The notes under the pieces are model-generated. The model saw only the letters and a list, made by a program, of their open reading frames with translations, did no database searches and had not been told where the DNA came from. The position numbers were made by a program, and so were the translations under genes. This document shows positions 1 to 9,112 of a stretch of 64,000 nucleotides of DNA, piece after piece. Source of the stretch: Bradymonadia bacterium (GTDB lineage Bacteria > Myxococcota_A > Bradymonadia > UBA7976 > UBA1532); contig JBKAGE010000044.1 of assembly GCA_046290225.1 (NCBI GenBank), positions 34,431 through 98,430 on the forward strand, read 5' to 3'. Position 1 is the first letter of the stretch. The number at the start of each line of letters is the position of its first letter.

Positions 1-1140
1 ATCATCGAGGCCCGATCTCGGGCGGAGTACGGCCTGGGCTTCGGCGCCGACGAGCTGCTGGCAGAGCAGCTTCGGGTCTGGGTGCTGCCCAAAGGGCTCT
101 ACAAGATCATTCAGGCCGGCGGCACGTATCGCGATCGCACGAACTTCGTCACCGTGAACGTCAACGGCGGAGAGCTGACCCCTTACACCCTGGTCATCGA
201 CGAGGATGACGAAGAGGGGAACACCTTTCGCGGAGGCGGCATCCTGGTGAACCCCGTGCTCCAGGGCAACTCCAACGTGGCGCAAGCTGCGGACCCCTGG
301 CAGATCCGGGCGCTCCTCGGCGGCGACCTGCAGTTCGACCGCTCGAACGAGATCGGCGCTCAGCAGGGCTGGTCTCTGGCGCTCAACGTGTTCCTCGACA
401 GCCGGGCCCGCTACCTCGAGGGACCCCACCTCTCGATCACCCGCCTGGAGATCGAGCAGGGACAGCTACGACCTGCGGGGCAGGACGAGTTCCGGACCCA
501 GACCGATCGCGCCTTCTTGAACACGGTCTACACCTATCGCTTGGTGTCGTGGTTCGGCCCTTATGGCCGCCTGGGCCTGGAGACGAAGCTGCTGGCCCGC
601 TACCAGGACTACGACGAGCCCACCACCATCACCCTCGTGGACGAAGACGGGAACGAGACGGTCCTCGACACGCCGCGGGAGCGCGTGCGTCTCGGCGGGG
701 CGTTCTCGCCTACAGAGCCCCTCATCGGCGCCGGCGGCAACTTCATCGTATTGCAGACTCAGGCCCTCGATTTGAGCCTGCGCACGGGCTTCGGCGCCCG
801 GCCCACCTTCGCCTTCGGCCTGCGGGCCGTGGACAACAACGACAGCAGCCGCATCATCGACGTGGAGGACAGCTTCCCCTGGGGGCTCGAGGGCACCATC
901 GTGGCCCTGGGGCGTGTGTCGCGCTATGTGACCATCGCCACGGAGTTCGATGGCCTGATGGCGCTGTCGCCGGGCGACAAGAGCGTGTTCACGTGGCGCA
1001 ACCAGCTCAACGTGCGCCTGTCGAGCTTCCTGTCGCTGATCTATCGCCTGAACCTGGAGCGCAACCCCAACCTGGGCCTCGGTGATCAGGTGACCACTGA
1101 TCACGACGTGCAGCTGCGCTTCTCGTACAACCTGTTCTGA
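1..1140 (+). CDS. 5'-truncated probable outer-membrane beta-barrel protein
   Basis: Frame is open from base 1. Amphipathic strands and a C-terminal ...VQLRFSYNLF (terminal Phe, BAM-signal-like). Confidence 0.6.
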   Translation: MIEARSRAEYGLGFGADELLAEQLRVWVLPKGLYKIIQAGGTYRDRTNFVTVNVNGGELTPYTLVIDEDDEEGNTFRGGGILVNPVLQGNSNVAQAADPWQIRALLGGDLQFDRSNEIGAQQGWSLALNVFLDSRARYLEGPHLSITRLEIEQGQLRPAGQDEFRTQTDRAFLNTVYTYRLVSWFGPYGRLGLETKLLARYQDYDEPTTITLVDEDGNETVLDTPRERVRLGGAFSPTEPLIGAGGNFIVLQTQALDLSLRTGFGARPTFAFGLRAVDNNDSSRIIDVEDSFPWGLEGTIVALGRVSRYVTIATEFDGLMALSPGDKSVFTWRNQLNVRLSSFLSLIYRLNLERNPNLGLGDQVTTDHDVQLRFSYNLF

Positions 1141-1220
1141 GGCACCGCTCACAGCGCTGGACACGGGCACCTCGAGCCCGGAGACTTGTGCGCACTGTCT
1201 TTGATGAAGTCTGACCCTCC

Positions 1221-1415
1221 ATGACCGAACCACAAAAGCCCGTCGACAGCCTCTTCAAACCCCTGTGGGCCCGCGTCGGCGCCATGTTGCTCGCCATCAC
1301 CTGGGCGGTCATCGAGGCCCAGCAGGGCAGCTGGGTCTGGACCGTCATCGCCGGGGGCATGGTGATCCTTGCCGCCTGGATGGTGATCTACGGCCCTGGG
1401 GAAGACGAGGCGTGA
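1221..1415 (+). CDS. Small membrane protein with two TM segments
   Basis: 64 aa with two hydrophobic segments; its stop overlaps the next GTG (GTGA). Confidence 0.65.
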   Translation: MTEPQKPVDSLFKPLWARVGAMLLAITWAVIEAQQGSWVWTVIAGGMVILAAWMVIYGPGEDEA

Positions 1416-3169
1416 GCACCGTCTCCGGCGGGCGGCCCGCCTTCTCGCTGCGCAACAAGCTCATGATCATGGGCGCCCTGCTCACCGTGCTGCCCCTCGG
1501 CGCCGTGGGCCTCGCCCTGGTGGACATCAATGCCGACGCCTTGGAGCACACCACCCGGGAGTTCCAGCTCGCCATCACCAATGACGTGAGCCGCGCAGTA
1601 GAAGGCACATTCGAACGGGTGCAGGACACCCTCGACGCCGTGGCCCGCACCCTCACCGATGCCGACCTCCCTGGGCAGGCCCGCGTGGGCAACGCCCTGC
1701 GCCTCGTGGCCTCAGCGGCGGCGGTGGATCACGTGACGCTGTATGGCCCCGAGGGGCAGCTGCTCGACACCATCCGCGAAGCCGCCGCCAGCACAGTGCA
1801 ACCCTTGCAGACTTTGCCCGAGGCACTGCGCGCCCAGGCCGCCGATCCAAAGCAGAACGTGGCCACGGGCCGCGCAGTGCTCGTCGACGGGGGCGTGCGG
1901 GTGCCGCTGGTGGTGCCGCTACGCGCCGAGGGCAAGCTCACGGGCTATGCCGGCACGTTGATGTCGGTGGGGCCGGTACAGGATCGCCTCGAGCGGTTGA
2001 TCGCGCTGCACTTCGAGGGCCTGCCCGATCCGCTGTGGATCATCGACGATCAAGAACGCCTCATCGCCGGCCCCACGGGCTCTGCGCCTCTGGGGCCAGC
2101 GCCGAAGTTGCCGCTGTTGGAGCTCGCCGCCCCGGAGGGCGGCCAGATGCTGGTGTCGCAGGTTTACGAGCAGGGCGATGGCGAGACCATGGTGGGGGCC
2201 CTGGTGCCCCTCACCGGGCGGCCGTGGCGCGTGATCCTGCAGCAGCCTCAGGCGGTCATCTATCACAGCCTGCGGCAGATGCGGCTCATCATCATCAGCA
2301 CCATCATCGGGGCGATCCTCATCGCCCTCGTGGGGGCCTTGATGCTCGCCCGCCGAATCACCGCCCCCCTCGACCGGCTCTCGAAGTTCGCCGCAGCTTT
2401 GTCTCAACGACGCTTCAGCGAGCGCGTCACGGTGGACACCCGAGACGAGCTGTCTTTGTTGGGCCAGGCCCTGAGCAACGCCGCCGCCGATCTGGAGGCC
2501 AGCGAGGCCCGGATTCAGCGGGAGGTGGCCATCCGCAGCGACCTGGGCCGCTACCTGCCCTCCGAGCTCGTCGACCGTGTTGTGGCCCGAGAGCAGGACA
2601 TGGGCCTCGGCGGTAGGCGTATGCCCATCACCGTGCTCTTCGCCGACGTGGTGGCCTTCACCCCCATGACTGAGCAGCTCGCGCCAGAGCAGGTGGTCTC
2701 CCTGCTCAACGAGCTGTTCACCCTCATGACCGAGGTGGTCTTTCGCCACGGCGGCACCGTAGACAAATTCGTGGGTGACTGCGTCATGGCCATCTGGGGA
2801 GCGCCCCGGCCCGAACCCGAGCACGCCGCCCAGGCCCTTGCCGCCGCCGAAGACATGATGCGCTGGCTCGAGATCGGCAACGAGGGCTGGTCGAAGACCT
2901 ATGGCACCACGATCCAGCTCGCCATCGGCCTCAACACCGGCGAGTGCATCGTGGGCAACATCGGATCCGAGAGCCGCATGGAGTACACCGCCATCGGCGA
3001 CGCGGTGAACGTCGCCGCCCGCCTCGAGGCCATCGCCCGCCCGCAGCAGATCGTCGTCTCCGAGACCACGCGAGCCGCCGCCGGTGACGACTTCGAATAC
3101 ATCGATCTCGGTACGCACCCCATCGCCGGCAAGGGCACAGGCATGCAACTCTTCGAGGTGCGGCCGTGA
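1412..3169 (+). CDS. Membrane class III adenylate cyclase (TM, periplasmic Cache-like sensor, TM, HAMP, cyclase)
   Basis: LFADVVAFT, DKFVGD, EYTAIGDAVNVAARLE motifs; HAMP (ITAPLDRL...DELSLLGQAL). Start placed at GTG 1412. Confidence 0.92.
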   Translation: MSTVSGGRPAFSLRNKLMIMGALLTVLPLGAVGLALVDINADALEHTTREFQLAITNDVSRAVEGTFERVQDTLDAVARTLTDADLPGQARVGNALRLVASAAAVDHVTLYGPEGQLLDTIREAAASTVQPLQTLPEALRAQAADPKQNVATGRAVLVDGGVRVPLVVPLRAEGKLTGYAGTLMSVGPVQDRLERLIALHFEGLPDPLWIIDDQERLIAGPTGSAPLGPAPKLPLLELAAPEGGQMLVSQVYEQGDGETMVGALVPLTGRPWRVILQQPQAVIYHSLRQMRLIIISTIIGAILIALVGALMLARRITAPLDRLSKFAAALSQRRFSERVTVDTRDELSLLGQALSNAAADLEASEARIQREVAIRSDLGRYLPSELVDRVVAREQDMGLGGRRMPITVLFADVVAFTPMTEQLAPEQVVSLLNELFTLMTEVVFRHGGTVDKFVGDCVMAIWGAPRPEPEHAAQALAAAEDMMRWLEIGNEGWSKTYGTTIQLAIGLNTGECIVGNIGSESRMEYTAIGDAVNVAARLEAIARPQQIVVSETTRAAAGDDFEYIDLGTHPIAGKGTGMQLFEVRP

Positions 3170-4497
3170 GCGCCGACCTGGGCCCGCCTGGGGGTCTGCA
3201 GATCGGCCAGATTGTCGCTGGTCGTTACCGTATCGAGGGTCAAATCGGCCAGGGGGGCACCGGCACGGTCTATCGAGCCACCCACCTCGCCCTGGAGCGC
3301 GAGGTGGCGGTGAAGATCCTGCTGCCTCAACGCCAGACCATGTCGGTCTATCGGGCCCGCTTCGAGCGCGAGGCTCGGGTGGCCAGCGCACTGCAGCACC
3401 CCGGCGCGGTGCACATCTACGACTTCGGAGAAGACGAAGGGGCGCTGTACCTCGTGATGGCGCTGCTCACGGGGCAGACCCTGCGGCAGGCCCTCGGTAC
3501 GGGCAACGCGCTGCCGTACGCCCAGACGCTGCAGGTGACCCGGGGCCTCGTCGACTTGCTGGTGGCGGCCCACGGTATGGGGCTGGTCCATCGGGATCTC
3601 AAGCCGGAGAACATCTTCCTGGAGCCCATCGCCCACCCACGAAGAGACGGCCCGGAGTCACAGGTCATGGTGGTGGACTTCGGGCTGGCCTACATCGAGG
3701 ACGACGACACTCGAGGCCGGGTGACGGAGAGCGGCATGATGTCGGGCACCCCCCAATACATGTCCCCTGAGCAGTGCCGGTCAAAAGAGGTAGGGGCGCC
3801 CTCCGACATCTACGCCCTGGGCTGTATTCTGTATGAGCTGCTCACAGGGCAGCTGCCCTTCGATGGTGCCCTCTTCGAGATCATGAGCGCCCACCTCTAC
3901 ACCCCACCAGTGGCACCGAGCCTGTTGCCCGGCGCCGAAGAGATTCCCCGAGTCATGGACGATCTGGTCATGCGGCTGTTGCGCAAACGACCCTCTGATC
4001 GACCCTCTGCCCCAGACGTCCTACGGGTGGTGGACGCCATCATCGGCCGCGCTGGCGGTCGTGAGCGTGGTCGAGACATCCGCATGCTCGGCGATCGCGC
4101 CACCCGCATGCTGGCCACGCCGCCGCCGAGGCTCGTGGCCAGCACGCCAGCGCCGTTGCCCACCGGCGGCGCCCAGGTGGGCGTGTGCGGCACGCTGAGC
4201 AATGATCTACAGCTGGCCCTGAAGCTGAACGGGGTGGTGCCGGTGTCACTCTCGGATCCCACTGAAGAGGCCCCACCGGTCATCCTGGCGCTCACCCTCG
4301 AGCCCGAGGCCCTGCCGGCGTGGCTGGCCACGGGTCGTCAGGTGGTGACCGCAGGAGATCCGAGCGATGTCGAAGGGCTGACCCGGCTACTGCGCATGGG
4401 CGTGGCCGAGGTGGTGCCCCACACAGCGACGGCAGCCGAGGTGGTCTCTCGAGTCAAACGGGCCCTACGGCGCGCCAAGCGAGGGCAACGTCGCTGA
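3166..4497 (+). CDS. Hanks-type Ser/Thr protein kinase with C-terminal receiver-like domain
   Basis: GQGGTG, VAVK, HRDLKPEN, DFG, GTPQYMSPE, SDIYALG motifs; GTGA overlap with the cyclase stop. Confidence 0.95.
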   Translation: MSADLGPPGGLQIGQIVAGRYRIEGQIGQGGTGTVYRATHLALEREVAVKILLPQRQTMSVYRARFEREARVASALQHPGAVHIYDFGEDEGALYLVMALLTGQTLRQALGTGNALPYAQTLQVTRGLVDLLVAAHGMGLVHRDLKPENIFLEPIAHPRRDGPESQVMVVDFGLAYIEDDDTRGRVTESGMMSGTPQYMSPEQCRSKEVGAPSDIYALGCILYELLTGQLPFDGALFEIMSAHLYTPPVAPSLLPGAEEIPRVMDDLVMRLLRKRPSDRPSAPDVLRVVDAIIGRAGGRERGRDIRMLGDRATRMLATPPPRLVASTPAPLPTGGAQVGVCGTLSNDLQLALKLNGVVPVSLSDPTEEAPPVILALTLEPEALPAWLATGRQVVTAGDPSDVEGLTRLLRMGVAEVVPHTATAAEVVSRVKRALRRAKRGQRR

Positions 4498-4510
4498 GCG
4501 CGCCTTGTGT

Positions 4511-5308
4511 TCAGTTGAGGACGAACATGGGCAGGGGGGTGTGGCCGAGGGCCTCGAGGCTCTGAGACAGCTCCTGAGCGTCCATCGGGCGGTAGAGGAT
4601 CTCCATGGGCAGCCCCCGACCATCTACAGGTGGGTCGAAGGGCATGCTGAGCAGCGGCCCGGGGCCCGGGCGAGCGGCGAGAGCGAGTGCCAGGGCGTCG
4701 ACGACGTCGGTGCGATCGAGGACCGAGCGCGGGTAGCGTTGGACCATCTCGTCCACGAGGGCCACTGTGCCCGGCAACAACATCTCCAACACCGCGAGGC
4801 GATCGGTGAACCCTTCGTCGTGGTGCTTGTTGCGTCGCATGGGCTCACCACACAAAGCCCTGAAAATCACCTCAGGGTGGCTCTCTCTCACCACGGCCTG
4901 GGCCTCAAGCTCTTTTTGCAGCAGGGCGTCGACCTCGCGTATCCCGGGCACAATGTTCCAGGTTTGCTTGGCGAGCTTTTTCCCAGTGAGGCGGGCATTG
5001 ATCTCACAGGCCTCATCGTACGTGTCGGCGTACACCGCCTCGCGGCAGGGTACCCGAAAAACACTCGACGAGCGTGGCCCGATGAGGCGCCGGGCGGCGC
5101 GATCACAACGCCGCTCTTCTTCACCCCCTTCGGGCAGGCCGATGGGCATGTCCACCAGGATCAAGGCCGCCTGGCTGTAGGCCGTCCACAGAGACTCGAA
5201 GGTCTCGAAGACCTCCACGAGAGGGGGCGCGCCCATGATCAGTCGGGCGGCCACCCAGCCACCGCGACAGCCATCGACACCGACATAGGCCCTGGGCGCA
5301 CCTCTCAT
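4511..5308 (-). CDS. DUF429-family predicted nuclease
   Basis: YVGVDGCRGGW, DMPIGL, RRCDRAAR, ESHPE, DVVDA motifs; TGATG coupling to the upstream gene. Confidence 0.85.
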   Translation of the reverse strand: MRGAPRAYVGVDGCRGGWVAARLIMGAPPLVEVFETFESLWTAYSQAALILVDMPIGLPEGGEEERRCDRAARRLIGPRSSSVFRVPCREAVYADTYDEACEINARLTGKKLAKQTWNIVPGIREVDALLQKELEAQAVVRESHPEVIFRALCGEPMRRNKHHDEGFTDRLAVLEMLLPGTVALVDEMVQRYPRSVLDRTDVVDALALALAARPGPGPLLSMPFDPPVDGRGLPMEILYRPMDAQELSQSLEALGHTPLPMFVLN

Positions 5309-6459
5309 CACTGCCCTTCTCCTCTCTGGAGCGTCTCCGTCGCCCGACTCCACACCCGAGCCATTTGACGCTGCGCTGCGCGGCGAGCAGGACCCTCGAT
5401 GGCCCGCGCCAGAACTTCCAGAGCTTCCCCTGGTGGACGCGTCCTGAGCCGTGACGCCAGGGCGCCATGGACCACGAGGCGATCTGCTCGCATGGTTGCT
5501 TCATCGGCACCGGCGTCGCCCCATTCAAGTGGAATTGCTTCGAGAATCGCCGCGAGGGCCGGCGCCATGAGCTGTGGCGCCCTGGGCGGAAGGGCCCGAA
5601 CGAGGGCATTCCGGAAGCTCGCAGGCAACGGCTGACCGACGATGGGACCCTCAACTTCGGGCAAAGAGTGAGGCCCGTCGACGAGGGTGCCCACACCATC
5701 GAGGGTGGCCACGGTGGCCCAGTGCTCACCAGCAAGAAAAACCTCGGCGCTGAAGCCTTCTTCGGTGCGCACCAGCCTCCGGGTGCGACCTCGGGTGCTG
5801 AACATCTGGCCGTTGACGTAGACCGCTTCGACCTCGTCCCGCCGCTGCACGCACACCTGTGGGTGGGTCCACGACCACATGAACGGTCGCGGGTGCCAGT
5901 CCACGGCAGGGGTCTTGTTGGCCGTGGTCAGCGCGCTTTCTTCCACCCCCTCTGTAAACCGCGCGCAGGTGGCCACGAGATCGATGGCGTCCTCCTCACC
6001 CAGCGCGAAAGACGTGTGCAGCGCATCGAACAAGGCCTCTGTCGGATAGGGCCCGGTGTAGCGCAGAGACGACAACCCCGCGATCTGGGCCGTGATGGAG
6101 ACAGCATTGAGGATGGCAGCCCCACCCCCTTGAGGCAGCCGCCCGGGCTCGGCGAGAGGGGGGATGCACTTGGGGCGCGACCACTTCACCTGCCGAAATG
6201 GGGTGATGGGCCGCTCGATGGCTTCGTTGCTCATGGCCTCGGCCTGATCGTCGAAGGGGCCACAGACGAGATCGCACCGCCCGAGCACAGGATGTTGCGC
6301 CTGGGCGGTGAGCACGGTGATCCACTGCCCTCCGGGCAACTTGAGCGCCATCCGGCTCAACGTCTCCGAGCCCCACTGAGCGATGATGTAGGGGGTGTCG
6401 CCGCCCACGCTGAGCACACGGCCTTCTTCGGCGTGGATGTCGAGTTCGGACGAATGCAT
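5308..6459 (-). CDS. Hypothetical protein (383 aa)
   Basis: Long ORF with strong RBS (CAGGAGG) before ATG 6459; coupled to the DUF429 gene. Confidence 0.75.
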   Translation of the reverse strand: MHSSELDIHAEEGRVLSVGGDTPYIIAQWGSETLSRMALKLPGGQWITVLTAQAQHPVLGRCDLVCGPFDDQAEAMSNEAIERPITPFRQVKWSRPKCIPPLAEPGRLPQGGGAAILNAVSITAQIAGLSSLRYTGPYPTEALFDALHTSFALGEEDAIDLVATCARFTEGVEESALTTANKTPAVDWHPRPFMWSWTHPQVCVQRRDEVEAVYVNGQMFSTRGRTRRLVRTEEGFSAEVFLAGEHWATVATLDGVGTLVDGPHSLPEVEGPIVGQPLPASFRNALVRALPPRAPQLMAPALAAILEAIPLEWGDAGADEATMRADRLVVHGALASRLRTRPPGEALEVLARAIEGPARRAAQRQMARVWSRATETLQRGEGQ

Positions 6460-6523
6460 GTTACCTCCTGGCCGCCGATCAAAGATGCCCGGGCGATATG
6501 GTGGTTGTGGGGGTGCACGCTGA

Positions 6524-6557
6524 CCCACGGGGTCCCACGGTGTATCACACCCCACGG
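6524..6557. promoter_or_regulatory. Direct repeats (CCCACGG x3), candidate enhancer-binding-protein site
   Basis: CCCACGG at 6524, 6534 and 6551, about 125-155 bp upstream of a sigma54 -24 box. Confidence 0.5.
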
Positions 6558-6637
6558 CAGAGGCTGACGCGCTAAATTGCGCACCCAGCTATCCAGATGG
6601 CGCCACAGCATGACATTCGATACAGAACAACACGACG

Positions 6638-6650
6638 TAAACCACTGAAA
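6638..6650. promoter_or_regulatory. Possible IHF site
   Basis: TAAACCACTGAAA versus YAANNNNTTGATW (2 mismatches), between the repeats and the sigma54 promoter. Confidence 0.4.
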
Positions 6651-6679
6651 TCACCTCCCGACAGCCATCCCCGGCTTTT

Positions 6680-6696
6680 CTGGCACGCCCTCTGCT
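6680..6696 (+). promoter_or_regulatory. Sigma54 (-24/-12) promoter of the tRNA operon
   Basis: CTGGCACGCCCTCTGCT matches YTGGCACG-N4-TTGCW with correct GG/GC spacing. Confidence 0.8.
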
Positions 6697-6794
6697 CTAG
6701 TGCTGGGCGCCGCATCGAAGCGGACCGGGGGCGCCACTCTCGCCCCGCTTCGAGAAGGCCTGAGCAGCTGCTTTCATGCACGTATTGCTCATGT

Positions 6795-6866
<72 letters not shown>

Positions 6867-6876
6867 CAGTGGATTT

Positions 6877-6990
6877 GGGCGGGGCCTCGCGGGGGCGGGG
6901 TTTCGGGGTGCGGGCACGCCAGAGGTGGTGATTCTCATGTCACCGCCTCTGACGTGAGGTCCTCTGATGGCTTGACCATCAGGCGACCTT
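6877..6990 (+). ncRNA. Structured inter-tRNA spacer (six G-tracts plus two hairpins)
   Basis: G3-G5 tracts at 6877-6914; 12-bp stem 6920-6931/6940-6951; interrupted stem 6957-6989. Confidence 0.4.
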
Positions 6991-6993
6991 GTT

Positions 6994-7068
6994 TCCAGGG
7001 TAGCTCAGGGGTAGAGCATCCGGTTGTGATCCGGTGAGTCACGGGTTCGAATCCCGTCCTTGGAACCA
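6994..7068 (+). tRNA. tRNA-His(GTG), atypical (T at -1, U1:A72, A73, CCA encoded)
   Basis: Acceptor TCCAGGG/CCTTGGA, anticodon arm TCCGG-TTGTGAT-CCGGT, T-arm ACGGG-TTCGAAT-CCCGT, then A-CCA. Confidence 0.9.
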
Positions 7069-7073
7069 TGTAG

Positions 7074-7100
7074 AGCCCAGGTCGTCGACCTGGGCTTTTT
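7074..7100 (+). terminator. Intrinsic terminator closing the tRNA operon
   Basis: AGCCCAGGTC-GTC-GACCTGGGCT followed by TTTT. Confidence 0.85.
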
Positions 7101-7234
7101 CATTCCGTGCGCCACTGAGTTTGGCGCGATCACTCAAGTCGAGCCTGATCACGGCCCCTACCTTTCGAGTGTGCGCTGCGGATGATGCACATCCGCAGCC
7201 TGGCGTCTTCTCACGCGTACACTCGGAGGTCTCC

Positions 7235-8146
7235 ATGCGCCCGACCAGACTGACTCCAAAACTCCTTGTCTCTACCACTTCATGGGTGGTCCTTCTGGTG
7301 TGCCTGCTCTGGGCAGGCTCCGGCTGCGCACCCAACGCGGCGTATCGTGTCGATGTGCCTCAGAGCGATCAGGCCAAGGTGCGGAGGCGGCCCGCTGGCG
7401 AAGTCCTGATGGTCTTGTCGGCGGCCCCGATACAGACGCTCGCTGACGGCACCACGAGAGAAACCGGATACTTCCTCAACGAGTTCTACGAGCCATATCA
7501 GGCCCTCGTCGGCGCCGGTTACAGCATCACCATCGCCACGCTTGACGGCCAACCCCCGAGCCTCGATCCCGAGAGCCTCCAGGAAAAGTACTGGAATGAA
7601 GGCCCTGAGACGCTGGCCCAGGCCCGGGCCCTCGTCGAGACTCTGCCTCAGATGAGATCTCCCGTGCCCCTCGCAGAGGCAGCTCGTCGGGCAGATGCCT
7701 TCCAGGCCCTCGTCGTCCCCGGAGGTCAGGGGGTCATGGTCGATCTGCTCGACGCGCCGACGCTGCATGCCCTCATTCGAGACTTCGCCGCCACGGATCG
7801 ACCCATCGGCCTCATCTGCCATGCGCCAGCGATCTTGAGCCGGGTGAACAACCTCCCTGCTTCGTTTACCAACCGACACGTCACCTCGGTCTCGGGCATC
7901 GAGGAATGGTACATCGAGTCGTTCGTCATGGACGCCGAGGCCCAGGTGCGAGGCATCGGCGATCGACTGGAGACTGCAGGCTTTCGCCACGAGAGCGGCT
8001 TCCCGGGCAAGTCGCACGCAGTGCGGGACTGCAACCTCGTCACCGATCAAAACCCCTTCTCTGGTGAAGCGTTCAATACACTGTTCCTCGATGCACTTCG
8101 GGATTGGCGACGGGGCGGACGCTGTGTGCCCAACGTGGATGGCTAG
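7235..8146 (+). CDS. DJ-1/PfpI (type 1 glutamine amidotransferase-like) protein with lipoprotein-type signal
   Basis: ETGYFLNE, VPGGQG, ICHAP, DQNPFS motifs; RBS GGAGG before ATG 7235; AGSGC lipobox-like. Confidence 0.88.
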   Translation: MRPTRLTPKLLVSTTSWVVLLVCLLWAGSGCAPNAAYRVDVPQSDQAKVRRRPAGEVLMVLSAAPIQTLADGTTRETGYFLNEFYEPYQALVGAGYSITIATLDGQPPSLDPESLQEKYWNEGPETLAQARALVETLPQMRSPVPLAEAARRADAFQALVVPGGQGVMVDLLDAPTLHALIRDFAATDRPIGLICHAPAILSRVNNLPASFTNRHVTSVSGIEEWYIESFVMDAEAQVRGIGDRLETAGFRHESGFPGKSHAVRDCNLVTDQNPFSGEAFNTLFLDALRDWRRGGRCVPNVDG

Positions 8147-8149
8147 ACG

Positions 8150-9085
8150 ATGAACCACGAAGATCAAGGCAGCATGACGAGCCAGACGCTCACCGCCATG
8201 CTCAGGCAATCCGTATCGAGCACTTATCCAGATCTGGTGGTCGACGGCCTCGACAAGGTCGAGATCCTCGACGCCGTGTACCAACGAGCGGGCTGGACCG
8301 CCGTCGTCTCGTTGGGGCGGGCGCTGCGCACCCTCACGTGGCACCCGGTCATCCGTGCTCTGCTGGCGGCACGGAGTCTCGAGGCGATCGCCGAGCGCTG
8401 GATGCGCCTCGAGCGGTTCGGGCACTCGCGTAATTACACCAAGTTGCTCGACTGCCGACGCGATGGTGGCATCACGACACTGAGGCTGCGCCACGTAGCG
8501 AGAGATGGTGGCGCCATCGCCGCCGTGAACGACCTCTTCGTCTGGGGCATCTTCATCGGCCTCATGGAGGCAGCCCACGTCGAACATCTCGAAGCCGGCT
8601 TGCAGGTCGACGCATCAAGCCCGCTCTTCTCGCTCTATGGCGAGATGCAGGCGCCCTCTTCTGCCCCCCTGCCAGAGATCACCCACACCCTTGTCCTCAG
8701 TGGCCACTTGCCTGCCACAGCTTTCAGCGCTGAGGTCGAGGTGCTCGACGAGGGAGATCCATCGATGAAGGGCCGTCTTGCCGCGCTCCAACGACACGAT
8801 CTGCTCGAAGTGTGGCAGCTCGCCGATGCCGCCCGGTTGCTCGGTGTCTCCGGGCGCTCTCTGCAACGCGCTCTGCACCAGGAGGGCACCACTTTCTCAA
8901 TGGTGGTGCACCACACCCGGATCGAGGCCGCCCAGCATCTCATGTCGGATCCTCAGCTCAAGCTCACCGACATCGCGTTCTGCGTCGGCTTTGCCGATCA
9001 GGCCCACTTCACCCGAACGTTCCGCACGCTCTGTGATGTGCCCCCTTCAGCCTTTCGCGCGCTGCTCCTCACATCTCAGGCGTGA
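8150..9085 (+). CDS. AraC-family transcriptional regulator
   Basis: C-terminal double HTH (SGRSLQRAL...IAFCVGFADQAHFTRTF). Confidence 0.92.
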   Translation: MNHEDQGSMTSQTLTAMLRQSVSSTYPDLVVDGLDKVEILDAVYQRAGWTAVVSLGRALRTLTWHPVIRALLAARSLEAIAERWMRLERFGHSRNYTKLLDCRRDGGITTLRLRHVARDGGAIAAVNDLFVWGIFIGLMEAAHVEHLEAGLQVDASSPLFSLYGEMQAPSSAPLPEITHTLVLSGHLPATAFSAEVEVLDEGDPSMKGRLAALQRHDLLEVWQLADAARLLGVSGRSLQRALHQEGTTFSMVVHHTRIEAAQHLMSDPQLKLTDIAFCVGFADQAHFTRTFRTLCDVPPSAFRALLLTSQA

Positions 9086-9112
9086 GCACCCGAAGGTGCC
9101 CGCCCGCTTGCC

